DNA of 64,000 nt from an uncultured Coriobacteriales bacterium (GTDB lineage: Bacteria > Actinomycetota > Coriobacteriia > Coriobacteriales > UMGS124): positions 2,361 to 66,360 of the forward strand of contig CAKUFZ010000008.1 of NCBI GenBank assembly GCA_934654475.1, read 5' to 3'. Positions 8,189-17,139 of the stretch are shown piece by piece (position 1 is the stretch's first letter; each line of letters begins with the position of its first letter). The notes below the pieces were generated by a model. It worked only from the letters and a program-made list of their open reading frames with translations, was not told where the DNA came from and did no database searches. The translations under genes were made by a program, and so were the position numbers.

Positions 8189-8818
8189 ATGGCAGAGTTT
8201 GAAGAGGAAGTGCTCGAGGAAGAGTTTGAGGCTGAGGAGGCTTGCGATGAGCAGCCTGCAGCCGACGAGACTTCGCTGATTCCCGAAGAGTTTGCTGAGG
8301 TGGCGCGCAAGTACAAGGCTCATGAGTCCCTGTCTGATGACGACCTTGACCTTATCGCCGACACCTCGATTGAGGTTCTCCGTACGCTCCTTGGTTTCTT
8401 TGGTGCCGAGGGTGCAACCATCGATGAGTATGATGGTGGCGACGGCGAGCTGATCTTTGATGTGAGCAATGCCGACCTTGCGCTGCTCATTGGTCGTCAC
8501 GGCAAGACCCTTGAGTCGCTGCAGTACATGTTCAGCGCCATTGTGCACAACAAGCTGGGCTTCAAGTTCCCTGTCGTTGTGGACATTGAGAGCTACAAGA
8601 GCCGTCGCCGTGCAAAGCTCGAGGCTATTGCCAAGTCGAGCGCCGCTCGTGCTCTGCAGCGCGGCCAGGAAGTACGACTTCATCCTATGAAGTCCTACGA
8701 GCGTAAGATTGTGCACTTGACCTTGCGCAGCAACCCCAATGTGGTCACGCATTCCGAGGGTCAAGAGCCCAACCGCTGCGTTGTCGTTGTTCCGGCTTCC
8801 AAGAAGCAGAGCAGGTAG
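8189..8818 (+). CDS. jag: Jag/KhpB-like RNA-binding protein (KH + R3H domains)
   Basis: An acidic N-terminus is followed by LLIGRHGKTLESLQYM (KH-like) and MKSYERKIVHLTL (R3H-like). Follows yidC. The ATG at 8189 is preferred over the TTG at 8165. Confidence 0.85.
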   Translation: MAEFEEEVLEEEFEAEEACDEQPAADETSLIPEEFAEVARKYKAHESLSDDDLDLIADTSIEVLRTLLGFFGAEGATIDEYDGGDGELIFDVSNADLALLIGRHGKTLESLQYMFSAIVHNKLGFKFPVVVDIESYKSRRRAKLEAIAKSSAARALQRGQEVRLHPMKSYERKIVHLTLRSNPNVVTHSEGQEPNRCVVVVPASKKQSR

Positions 8819-8851
8819 CAAGAGTTTTTTCAACAAGCACTGTGATTGAGG

Positions 8852-8882
8852 AGAGGGAGACGAGAGTCTCCCTCTTTTTTTT
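8852..8882 (+). terminator. Rho-independent terminator after jag
   Basis: Stem AGAGGGAGAC, loop gaga, stem GTCTCCCTCT, then a T8 run. Confidence 0.65.
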
Positions 8883-9026
8883 GACAAGAAACCACGGTAC
8901 ACTGTTTTTGGTCAAAACGAGTGTACGGGCCGATTACAGAGTGGTTGAAAATCAGGCCCCAGTTTCTCAGTTTGTCCCTGCTTCTTGGGCGTCAGTGAGA
9001 AACAGACTGTGCATTGGGTAAGTTGA

Positions 9027-9510
9027 CGTCTGGGTTTGCCTCTACATTCTAGGTTTCATCCAAGAGAGTGGAATGAAAACCAAGCACTCCAAGATCTGGG
9101 TTTGCTCTTGTCCTTTGAGCCTCATCCAAGAGGGTGGAATGCAAGTTAAACACTCCAACATCTTGGTTTGTCTTTGTCTCTTGGGTGTCATCCACGAGGG
9201 TGCAATGCAAGCCAGCACTCCAACCTCTGGGCTTGTCTTTGTCTCTTGAGTCTCATCCAAGAAGATGGATTGCAAATCAGGCATTCCAACATCTGGGTTT
9301 GTTTTTTGTCTCTCGGGAGTTATCCAAGAGAGTGCAATGCAAACCAGCACTCCAACATCTGAGCTTGTCTTTGTCCCTTGAGTCTTATTTAAAAAGTTGG
9401 AATGTAAATCAGGCATTCCAACACCCGGGTTTGTCTTTGTTCCTTGGACGTCATCCAAGAAGATGGAATGCAAATCGGGAATTCCTGCTTCCAGGTTTGT
9501 CTATATCTAG
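9027..9510. repeat. Degenerate tandem repeat array: about 66-bp unit, about 7.5 copies, with a 132-bp higher-order alternation
   Basis: The unit landmark ATCCAAGAG recurs at 9058, 9124, 9190, 9255, 9322, (9387) and 9453, giving spacings of 66, 66, 65, 67, 65 and 66. All parts of the units are 75-85% similar. The array is lower in GC than its flanks. Confidence 0.85.
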
Positions 9511-9652
9511 ATGTAAGGCATGAGTCTAAGCTGCTTTGCTGATAAAGCATATGTCTCATGAGGCTCAAGCCTGAGACCTTTTACAATCATTGGGTAAAGA
9601 ATTTTCTCAAGACTCAATGTAAGTACTGTGAGCAATGGAAAGGAACCTGCGC

Positions 9653-10438
9653 ATGGAAGCAAGCGAAGCACCTCGTCGCAAACATGTTGCTGATATCCCT
9701 GAGAATCTTGAAGAACAAGCTGATAAGTTGGTTGGCTTGTGCCAGAAGCTCGATCTTGAAGTAGACCAGCAGCAGGCAAGGAAGCTCGTGGACTATCTTG
9801 TTTTGATGCTGAAGCAAAACGAGGTTATGAACCTGACTGCCATCAGGGAGTGGGACAAGGCCCTTGTGCTGCATCTTGCCGACTCCCTTGTTCCCCTGCC
9901 CGAGTTCTCCAAGGTCATGGTAAAGAACCCTGACAAGCCATTTCTTGACATGGGAGCCGGCGCCGGCTTGCCTGGCATTCCCTTGACTATCGCCACGTCG
10001 AGTACTACTGGTGTTCTGTGCGATTCGGTCAAGAAGAAGATGACTGCTGTTGAGGGATTCATTGTGGCGCTTGACTTGGGCGACAGGCTGTCGACGACGT
10101 CGGTGAGGCTTGAAGAGCTTGGCAACACGCACCGCGGAGTGTTTGGGTGCGTGACTGCTAGGGCGCTTGCGAGTTTGCCTGTTCTTGTGGAGTACGCTAC
10201 TCCCCTGCTCGCTAAAGGTGGTTCTTTCATTGCCATCAAGGGCAAGCCTGAGCCTGAGGAGATCAAGGCTGGTTCCAAAGCGGCTCAGCTCTGTGGTCTG
10301 TCGGTTGTGTCTACGCGCACGGTCGAGCTTCCTGGGGATGCCGGGGAGAGGACCATCATTGTGTATGAGAAGGTAAAGGAGACGGGGCTTGCCTTGCCGC
10401 GTGCAGTTGGCGAAGCATCCAAGCATCCTCTCGCATAA
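9653..10438 (+). CDS. rsmG: 16S rRNA (guanine527-N7)-methyltransferase RsmG
   Basis: SAM-binding motif LDMGAGAGLPGIPL. Lies upstream of parAB. The ATG at 9653 has GGAAAGGAA upstream; the track start at 9635 is an alternative. Confidence 0.9.
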   Translation: MEASEAPRRKHVADIPENLEEQADKLVGLCQKLDLEVDQQQARKLVDYLVLMLKQNEVMNLTAIREWDKALVLHLADSLVPLPEFSKVMVKNPDKPFLDMGAGAGLPGIPLTIATSSTTGVLCDSVKKKMTAVEGFIVALDLGDRLSTTSVRLEELGNTHRGVFGCVTARALASLPVLVEYATPLLAKGGSFIAIKGKPEPEEIKAGSKAAQLCGLSVVSTRTVELPGDAGERTIIVYEKVKETGLALPRAVGEASKHPLA

Positions 10439-10525
10439 CATTCTCCTGGATTTGTTGCGACAGGATGCACCCGTGTGCAGGCTCTTGAGAGACGCAAAGC
10501 AGTCCTGCAGTACTTTGGTATAAGA

Positions 10526-10541
10526 TGTTTCACGTGAAACA
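10526..10541. promoter_or_regulatory. parS site (perfect TGTTTCACGTGAAACA)
   Basis: Exact 16-bp palindrome just upstream of parA. Confidence 0.85.
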
Positions 10542-10552
10542 GTTGCACTGAA

Positions 10553-11368
10553 TTGAACGGAGCCCTCGTGGATTACCAGAAGACCAAGCGTAAATCGCCC
10601 GATAAGGACCCTAAAGTCATTGCCATCATGAACCAGAAAGGTGGCGTGGGTAAGTCCACGACGGCTGTGAACCTCTCTGCGGCACTGGGAGAAAAGAACT
10701 ACAAGGTCCTCGTTGTTGACTTTGATCCGCAGGGCAACACCACGAGTGGTTTGGGAGTGGACAAGAACGCTGTTGAGAAGAGCGTCTATGATGCCATTCT
10801 TAACGACGTGCCTATGAGTGAGACGGTGGAAAACAGCACGAGTCATAACGTGTTTGTCATTCCTGCCACCATTCAGCTTGCCGGTGCTGAAGTTGAGCTT
10901 GTGCAAGCCGATGAGCGTGAGACCCGTCTCAAAAAGGCTATCGATGAGATTAAAGACAGCTTTGACTACATTTTCATCGACTGCCCCCCTTCTCTGGGAG
11001 TCCTTACCATCAATGCCCTGACGGCATGCAACAGTATTCTGGTTCCGATTCAGTGCGAGTTCTATGCGCTTGAGGGTGTCACGAAGCTCATGGAGTCCAT
11101 CAAGATGATGAAGTCCACCCTCAACCCCGACCTTGAAATTTTCGGTATCGTGTTGACGATGTACGACAAGCGTACGTCTCTCTCCAAGCAGGTGGCCGAC
11201 GAGGTGCGCAACTACTTCGAGAAGAAAGTCTTCAAGACGGTCATCCCGCGCAATGTCAGGCTCAGCGAGGCACCAAGCTACGGTGAGTCTATTTTTGAGT
11301 ATGACAAGCTCAGCAAGGGTGCTCAGGCATACCGTGACCTGGCTAAGGAAGTGATTCGCCGTGGCTAA
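10553..11368 (+). CDS. parA: Chromosome partitioning ATPase ParA/Soj
   Basis: Deviant Walker A NQKGGVGKSTT. The start is uncertain: TTG at 10553 or GTG at 10568. Confidence 0.9.
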   Translation: MNGALVDYQKTKRKSPDKDPKVIAIMNQKGGVGKSTTAVNLSAALGEKNYKVLVVDFDPQGNTTSGLGVDKNAVEKSVYDAILNDVPMSETVENSTSHNVFVIPATIQLAGAEVELVQADERETRLKKAIDEIKDSFDYIFIDCPPSLGVLTINALTACNSILVPIQCEFYALEGVTKLMESIKMMKSTLNPDLEIFGIVLTMYDKRTSLSKQVADEVRNYFEKKVFKTVIPRNVRLSEAPSYGESIFEYDKLSKGAQAYRDLAKEVIRRG

Positions 11369-12230
11369 AAAGGGTGGACTTGGCATGGGCCTGGGAGCCC
11401 TTGTCTCTCAGAGTGCCAAGGAATCAGGCCTTGACGAGATGGTCGACAAGGATGCGTCGGTCAAGGAAGTTGCGATTGGCGAGGTGCATCGCAACCCCAA
11501 TCAGCCGCGTACCAAGTTCGATCAAGAAGACCTTGATGAACTGAGTGCCTCCATCAAAGAGGTAGGCATCATTCAGCCCATCGTGGTGCGCAAAGACACT
11601 CAGGGCTATGAGATCATTGCCGGTGAGAGGCGTTACCAGGCGGCTTGTGCTGCCGGCCTCGAAAATGTGCCGGTTGTGGTGCGTGATGACACCGATGACA
11701 TCACGAGCCTTCAGCTTGCCCTTATCGAGAACATTCAGCGTGCCGACCTCAACGTCATTGAGGAGGCGCGCGCTTATCGCGACCTCATCGAGCGCAGTGC
11801 CATGACGCAGGAGGAGCTTGCCAAGAGTGTCTCAAAGTCGCGCTCGGCGATTGCCAATGCATTGCGTCTGCTCGAGCTTCCTGACGAGGTGCAAGAGATG
11901 GTGTATGCAGGCCAGCTTTCTGCCGGCCATGCCCGTGCCATTCTCATGGCAAAGGGCGACGAGGCTCGCATTGCCCTTGCTCATCGTGTCGTCAACGAGA
12001 AGATGACCGTGCGCATTGTTGAGGCAATCGCTCCGACGTTTACGGGTGAAGAGAAGCCGGTGCGCCAGAAAGTGCAGATTCCTGCCTCGTATAAGAAGGC
12101 TGCTAAGACGCTGAAGGAAGGTCTTGGAACCCCGGTGCGTATTAAGGAATCGAAAGGCAAGTACCGTATCGAGATTGACTTTGAGAACGAAGAACATCTC
12201 GAGCAGCTGATGGCCATGATTCAAGGATAG
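11361..12230 (+). CDS. parB: Chromosome partitioning protein ParB/Spo0J
   Basis: GLGMGLGALV N-terminal motif, the ParB box IQPIVVRK...YEIIAGERRYQA, and an HTH QEELAKSVSKSRSAIANALRLL. The GTG start overlaps the parA end by 8 nt. Confidence 0.9.
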   Translation: MAKKGGLGMGLGALVSQSAKESGLDEMVDKDASVKEVAIGEVHRNPNQPRTKFDQEDLDELSASIKEVGIIQPIVVRKDTQGYEIIAGERRYQAACAAGLENVPVVVRDDTDDITSLQLALIENIQRADLNVIEEARAYRDLIERSAMTQEELAKSVSKSRSAIANALRLLELPDEVQEMVYAGQLSAGHARAILMAKGDEARIALAHRVVNEKMTVRIVEAIAPTFTGEEKPVRQKVQIPASYKKAAKTLKEGLGTPVRIKESKGKYRIEIDFENEEHLEQLMAMIQG

Positions 12231-12241
12231 GGGATGGCAGC

Positions 12242-12496
12242 ATGAAGGGTATCGTCAAGTTTCTCGGTATTGTCGGTGTGGCCGTGGGAGCAGCTGCTGT
12301 GACTGTCATTGCTCTGAATGACGAGCAGGTGCGCGCCAAGGTTGCCCATGCGACGGAGCAGGTCAAGCATGGCGTGCAAGAGATTGTTGCAACCGTGGCC
12401 GAGGGTGTCGACCAGGTTCGCAAGGAAGCGAGTCTCAACCAGGTGGAGAAGAATCAGGCCTGGGTTGACGAGCAATGGGAAGCTCTGGGCATTTAA
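12242..12496 (+). CDS. Small membrane-anchored protein (hypothetical)
   Basis: 84 aa. N-terminal TM segment IVKFLGIVGVAVGAAAVTVIAL followed by an amphipathic helical part. Followed by a strong terminator. Confidence 0.55.
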   Translation: MKGIVKFLGIVGVAVGAAAVTVIALNDEQVRAKVAHATEQVKHGVQEIVATVAEGVDQVRKEASLNQVEKNQAWVDEQWEALGI

Positions 12497-12532
12497 GGTA
12501 TATTGTCTGACGTATTTGCATAGCAGGTAAAG

Positions 12533-12571
12533 AAAATCCCGCGTACGGTTCTCTATCGTACGCGGGATTTT
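12533..12571. terminator. Bidirectional rho-independent terminator
   Basis: AAAATCCCGCGTACG, loop gttctctat, CGTACGCGGGATTTT. A/T runs lie on both sides, between convergent genes. Confidence 0.7.
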
Positions 12572-12621
12572 TGTATCAATCCAGTATTGAAAACCAAACG
12601 AACTCGTGTAAACGAGTAGCT

Positions 12622-13662
12622 TTATGCCTTCTGCTTGAGCTGACCGCAGGCTGCGTCGATGTCAGAGCCACGAGACTCGCGGATCGTGGTCTCCACGCCG
12701 GCGGCAGACAGCGTCTTGGCAAAGAGGGCGACGCGCTCCTTGTCGGAAGGCTGGAAGGGGGAGCCTGCCACCTCGTTGAGCGTGATGAGGTTTACATGGC
12801 ACAGCGTCCTGCGGCAGAAGGTGACAAGGGCCTTGAGCTGAGCGTCGGAGTCGTTGATGCCGGCCATCATGGCATACTCGTAGGTGGGACGACGGCCCGT
12901 TGCCTCGGCATAGGAGGCAACAGAGTCACGCAGGCGCTCGAGGTCGTACTGACGCACGCCGGGCATCAGCTCGTCGCGGGTGTCCTGCACGGCGGAGTGC
13001 AGGGAGATGGCGAGCGTGAACTGTTCGGGCTCGGAGGCAAAGCGGCGAATCTGCGGAAGGATGCCGGCGGTGGATACCGTGATGTGGCGGGCGCCGATGT
13101 CGAAGCCGTCCTTGCTGTTGAGGATGCGCATGGCCTCAAGCACGGCGTCGTAGTTGAGGAAGGGCTCGCCCTGGCCCATGAGGACGACGCTGCTCACGCG
13201 CGTGCCGAAGTCGTTGGCAACGACGCGCACCTGATCGACGATCTCGCCGGGGCCGAGGTTGCGGGTGTAGCCGTTGCGGCCCGTGGCGCAGAAGGTGCAG
13301 CGCATGGGGCAGCCGGCCTGCGTGGACACGCACACGCAGAGCTTGTTCTTGCCCGGCATGCCGACGGTCTCGACGAGGGTGCCGTCGCCCATGCGGACGA
13401 GGTACTTGCGCGTGCCGTCCTTGGAAACCTGCTTCTTGGTGACGGTCACCGGAAGAAGGGGGAGCTCCTGGGCAAGCCTCTGGCGCAGGTCCTTGGGAAG
13501 GTTGGTCATCTCCTCGTAGGTGGAGACGCCCTTGCCGTAGAGCCACTGAATGACCTGCTTGGCCCTAAACGCCGGGGTGTTCATCTCCTTCTTGAGAATC
13601 TCGGTGATTTGGTCGCGGCTGAGAGCCTTGACGCCGATACTTTCAACGGTTGCGCGTTCCAT
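12622..13662 (-). CDS. rlmN: 23S rRNA/tRNA (adenine-C2)-methyltransferase RlmN (radical SAM)
   Basis: 346 aa. Radical-SAM motif CPMRCTFCATG and the C-terminal DIDAACGQL. Confidence 0.9.
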   Translation of the reverse strand: MERATVESIGVKALSRDQITEILKKEMNTPAFRAKQVIQWLYGKGVSTYEEMTNLPKDLRQRLAQELPLLPVTVTKKQVSKDGTRKYLVRMGDGTLVETVGMPGKNKLCVCVSTQAGCPMRCTFCATGRNGYTRNLGPGEIVDQVRVVANDFGTRVSSVVLMGQGEPFLNYDAVLEAMRILNSKDGFDIGARHITVSTAGILPQIRRFASEPEQFTLAISLHSAVQDTRDELMPGVRQYDLERLRDSVASYAEATGRRPTYEYAMMAGINDSDAQLKALVTFCRRTLCHVNLITLNEVAGSPFQPSDKERVALFAKTLSAAGVETTIRESRGSDIDAACGQLKQKA

Positions 13663-13769
13663 GTGGTTATACCACCTCTCCTTTTAGAAAAACCCATTCC
13701 CTCGTAGAGTATCATGTGCAAAGTTGGTATCGAACAATCCGACAAACTTGCCACCTTGAGGGATGTGCA

Positions 13770-14663
13770 ATGCAGGGTAAGAGATTTAAGAATCAAAGCC
13801 AAGACCAGCCCGCGCAGACGGGCAGGGCCAGTGGTGCGCATTTTGCCAAGACCCCGTCGAAATCTGCGCCGCAAGGTGCTCCTGCGCCGGCTCGGCCTTA
13901 TCCACAGGTGCAGTCCATCCAGCTTCCCCAGCCTGTGCAACAGACGAACAGGCAGATGGTGACTGGTGAATTCGCAAAGGTCACGCCTTCTCAGCGCAGG
14001 CCGAACCAGGTCGCCCCGCAGCAGCAGGCAAAGAGGCCGCAACCCGGCCAGCCCGGCCAGGTGCGTGGTGCCGCGCAAAACCCGACATCGCGGAAGATCT
14101 CGCCGCTTGTTTCGGCAGCCATTCCGCGCGTGTCGAGTGATGCCGACGACTCTGCAGCACTTCGCCGCGCCGTTATCACGGGCGTTTCGGGCTCGATGAA
14201 GAAGATTCCTTCAAACACTCCCGCCCGCAAGGTGTCGGGATCGAACAAGGCGTACTCCCGGTACAGCAATGGGTACTTCGACAGGCCCGAGGCAAAGCAG
14301 CTGACTGATTATGTTGCTGCGTTTCAGACGGAGCCGACGGTCGGCGCGCCTGCCTATTCTTGGATGGCATTTGCCATCTATGGGGCCCTGTCGTGCGTGG
14401 CGAGCGTGGGATGGGCTGTTATGGCCATGGTTTCGGGGGCTGCCCCCTTAAGGGGTGCAAGCCCGCTTATGTTCGCGGGGTTGGTCATTCTCGCGCTCAT
14501 TGTCGTGTGCGCCGTCGTGTGCGCCGCAGCCACCTCGGCGGCAACGCTGCGCACGGGCCGGTTTGAGCCTGCCGACGTATGGGCCTCCGCTGTGGGAAAG
14601 TCCGCCCTCGTGCTCCTGGGTTGTCTTGTCGTTTGGATCGTGTGCGCAGCCGTTGTGGGTTAA
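13770..14663 (+). CDS. Hypothetical membrane protein (P/Q-rich N-terminal half, TM helices in the C-terminal half)
   Basis: The ATG at 13770 has GAGGGA upstream. C-terminal hydrophobic segments include WMAFAIYGALSCVASVGWAVMAMV, LMFAGLVILALIVVCAVVCAAA and ALVLLGCLVVWIVCAAVV. Confidence 0.55.
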   Translation: MQGKRFKNQSQDQPAQTGRASGAHFAKTPSKSAPQGAPAPARPYPQVQSIQLPQPVQQTNRQMVTGEFAKVTPSQRRPNQVAPQQQAKRPQPGQPGQVRGAAQNPTSRKISPLVSAAIPRVSSDADDSAALRRAVITGVSGSMKKIPSNTPARKVSGSNKAYSRYSNGYFDRPEAKQLTDYVAAFQTEPTVGAPAYSWMAFAIYGALSCVASVGWAVMAMVSGAAPLRGASPLMFAGLVILALIVVCAVVCAAATSAATLRTGRFEPADVWASAVGKSALVLLGCLVVWIVCAAVVG

Positions 14664-14691
14664 AGCTGCTTGAGGAAGGAAGTTGAAAGGC

Positions 14692-15633
14692 ATGTCGTTT
14701 CTTGAGAACAAGAAAGTGGCGATACTCTACGGCGGCGTGAGCGACGAGCGCGAGGTGAGCCTTGCGAGCGGTCAGAACGCCTACGATGCCCTGAGCGCCG
14801 CCGGCGTGGACGTCGAGCTCATCGACACGCGTGACGGACGCGAGGCGCTGCGTCGTCTGGCAGACGGCGACTATGCGGCGGCATTCATCGCGCTGCACGG
14901 CAAGGGCGGCGAGGATGGAACCATCCAGGGAGCCCTTGAGATGCTCCAAATCCCTTATACGGGCTCTGGTGTGGCTGCCAGTGCCATGGCGATGGATAAG
15001 TCGCGTTCTAAGGCCATGTATGCCCTCGCAGGACTTGCTGTGGCAAGGTCGGTGACGCTTGCGAGCCCCACGGCCATGTCGGTGGAGGAGATCGGGCAGG
15101 CCGTCGGCGACAAGTGCGTCGTGAAGCCGTGCGGCGACGGGTCGAGCGTGGGCATGAGCATCGTGCACAATCCCGCCGAGCTCCCCCATGCCCTGGAGGT
15201 CGCCTTTGCGTGCGGCCAGAAGGTCATGGTCGAGGAGTATGTCGCGGGCACGGAGGTCACGGTTGCCGTTCTGGGCAACGACGACCCCGAGCCGCTGCCC
15301 GTCATCGAGATCGTGCCTCATGCCGAGTTCTACGACTATGAGGTGAAGTACAGCGCCAACGGTGCCGACCACATCATCCCCGCGCGCCTTGAGGCCGATG
15401 TGTACGAGCGCGTGCAGACGGCTGCCGTGCAGGCCCACAAGGCCCTGGGCTGCCGCGGCGTGAGCCGTTCTGACTTCATCATTCGAGACGACGGCACGCC
15501 TGTCATCCTGGAGACGAACACCATTCCGGGCATGACTGCGACCTCGCTTCTGCCCGACACTGCCCGCAAGGTCGGCATGGACTTTGGCCAGGTGTGCCTG
15601 AAGCTCCTCGAACTTGCGCTCGAGGGTCGCTAG
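14692..15633 (+). CDS. ddl: D-alanine--D-alanine ligase
   Basis: YGGVSDEREVSLASG, HGKGGEDGTIQG and ETNTIPGMT motifs. An alternative TTG start at 14683 is possible. Confidence 0.9.
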   Translation: MSFLENKKVAILYGGVSDEREVSLASGQNAYDALSAAGVDVELIDTRDGREALRRLADGDYAAAFIALHGKGGEDGTIQGALEMLQIPYTGSGVAASAMAMDKSRSKAMYALAGLAVARSVTLASPTAMSVEEIGQAVGDKCVVKPCGDGSSVGMSIVHNPAELPHALEVAFACGQKVMVEEYVAGTEVTVAVLGNDDPEPLPVIEIVPHAEFYDYEVKYSANGADHIIPARLEADVYERVQTAAVQAHKALGCRGVSRSDFIIRDDGTPVILETNTIPGMTATSLLPDTARKVGMDFGQVCLKLLELALEGR

Positions 15634-15637
15634 CAAA

Positions 15638-15653
15638 CGTTTCATGTGAAACA
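15638..15653. promoter_or_regulatory. Degenerate parS-like site (CGTTTCATGTGAAACA, 2 mismatches)
   Basis: 14 of 16 positions match. Lies just after the ddl stop. Confidence 0.35.
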
Positions 15654-15666
15654 CCGTGCATGAAAA

Positions 15667-15709
15667 ACGCCCGCAGCCTGGGATTCCAAGCTGCGGGCGT
15701 TGTTGTTTT
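15667..15709. terminator. Terminator between ddl and the flavodoxin gene
   Basis: ACGCCCGCAGC, loop ctgggattccaa, GCTGCGGGCGT, followed by TGTTGTTTT. Confidence 0.6.
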
Positions 15710-15750
15710 GAGATCTGGTTTATGTGCCGCTATGCGCGCGTGATCAAACC

Positions 15751-16302
15751 TTAGCGGGCGACGCTGCGGGCGGCTGCGATGATGGTGGCGCAGGCGTCGG
15801 TGTTGAAGCGGTTCTGCTCGGGGCGCTCGCCGTCGGCAATGGCGAGCGCGAGCTTGTCGCCGCGGGTGAGCTTCTTGCCCTCGGCCTGCTTGGCACGATA
15901 GGTCTCCACGAGCTTGCCCATCTTGCCGCCGGGCTGGCAGTCCTTGTACGAAAGGCCGCCGGGAAGCGCCTGGTACAGGAAGGACTCAACGGGTAGGTCT
16001 CCGCAGTTCCTCATCTTGATCTGCTTCTCGAGGTCGGCGTTGAGCGAGGCGATGCCCACCGAGAAGACGATGAGGTTCTGCTCGCCGAAGTACGAGCAGC
16101 CGTCAATGATGCCCGAGATGCCCTCGATGCGGTTGTGGTGCAGGGGGCCGCCGAAGATGATGGTGGGGTAGGTAGAGACGTTGAACAGGTTCGCCTTCTG
16201 AATGGGCTTGATGGCATAGTCGAGCGTCTCAGCGAGATACTCGGCATAGCGCTTGGTGTAGCCGGTGAACGAGTTGTACAAGACGATGCCGTCTTTTGCC
16301 AT
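15751..16302 (-). CDS. Flavodoxin-domain protein
   Basis: 183 aa. N-terminus IVLYNSFTGYTKRYAEYLAE is a flavodoxin-like FMN loop. Confidence 0.7.
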   Translation of the reverse strand: MAKDGIVLYNSFTGYTKRYAEYLAETLDYAIKPIQKANLFNVSTYPTIIFGGPLHHNRIEGISGIIDGCSYFGEQNLIVFSVGIASLNADLEKQIKMRNCGDLPVESFLYQALPGGLSYKDCQPGGKMGKLVETYRAKQAEGKKLTRGDKLALAIADGERPEQNRFNTDACATIIAAARSVAR

Positions 16303-16358
16303 GCAAGGCTCCTTACTACGTGGTTCGCGTGCCAGTGTTGTACCTCAAAAGGTGCAGG

Positions 16359-17018
16359 TTATGCCCCAAAGGCGCAACGGCACACAAAGAAGAGAATGAC
16401 GATGATGAGAATGAGGCACGCCGCGCCGGCGCCCCAGACCGCTGCAGGCTTGCCCGCAATGAGGCCCATGACGAGCTTGTCGGTGCCGGAACGCTTGTGC
16501 TTGAAGATGACGCAGCCGGAGTTGCGCTTTGTGTCGATGGGATAGGGGTGCTCGTCGGGGCTCTCCCAGTCTCCCGTGGCGAGGACCTGGTCCCAGCCAG
16601 CGCCGGTGAGGGCGATGTCGGGGCGCTTGCCCTGGGCGAGGCGCTCCGAGGTCCTCTGCGTGTAGGCGTCGAGGTTGGCGCGCTCGGTAGTCTGCGAGGC
16701 CTTGACGTTGTAGAACTGATAGACGAGCTCGGCGTGGTACAGTTTGTCAGTGTTGTCATACCAGACGAGCGACAGCCAGCAAGCGCCGTCGTTGCCGTTT
16801 TCCAACGATTCGCGGATGGCGAGCTTGTTCTTGGGGTTCGCCGTGCCGATGACGTCGCCACCGACGGTGCTTACCGTGAAGAGGCCCGACTCGGCTTGCC
16901 AGGTGAGCTTGAGCGGCATGCCTATGATGCAGCCGTTTGAGGCGAGCAGGCGGCTCGATTGCTCGGTGATGTCATCGATAACGAGGTAATCGGCAAAATA
17001 AACGTCAACTTTTCCCAT
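16359..17018 (-). CDS. Hypothetical protein with a C-terminal TM anchor
   Basis: The ATG at 17018 is preceded by AAAGGGGGA. The C-terminal segment AAVWGAGAACLILIIVILFFV is hydrophobic. No family recognised. Confidence 0.55.
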   Translation of the reverse strand: MGKVDVYFADYLVIDDITEQSSRLLASNGCIIGMPLKLTWQAESGLFTVSTVGGDVIGTANPKNKLAIRESLENGNDGACWLSLVWYDNTDKLYHAELVYQFYNVKASQTTERANLDAYTQRTSERLAQGKRPDIALTGAGWDQVLATGDWESPDEHPYPIDTKRNSGCVIFKHKRSGTDKLVMGLIAGKPAAVWGAGAACLILIIVILFFVCRCAFGA

Positions 17019-17139
17019 GTATCCCCCTTTGATAGAGTGTGAAAAGGATACCATCACGCCTTATGCATGTGGACGGACATCGTTGAGGAGCGAGAACACT
17101 TTGAGCGAGACTATATCTGCGGAGCTTGCCTCCATTATC

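Noticed and set aside
9027-9510. The 66-bp periodic array could be a CRISPR locus, since the period fits repeat plus spacer.
   Set aside because: All parts of each unit are homologous between units at 75-85% identity, so there are no unique spacers. The repeats are degenerate rather than exact, and no cas genes or leader are present.
9042-9523. ORFs 9042..9473(-), 9134..9523(+) and 9168..9362(+) encode repetitive peptides.
   Set aside because: They are open only because the period is a multiple of 3. There is no SD or credible start context, the composition is atypical, and all three overlap one another.
17019-17139. A LexA (SOS) box or RecA-NDp-type motif was sought upstream of dinG.
   Set aside because: I could see no convincing match to TCGAAC-n4-GTTCGA or to the mycobacterial TGTCGGTG-n8-TAnnnT pattern.
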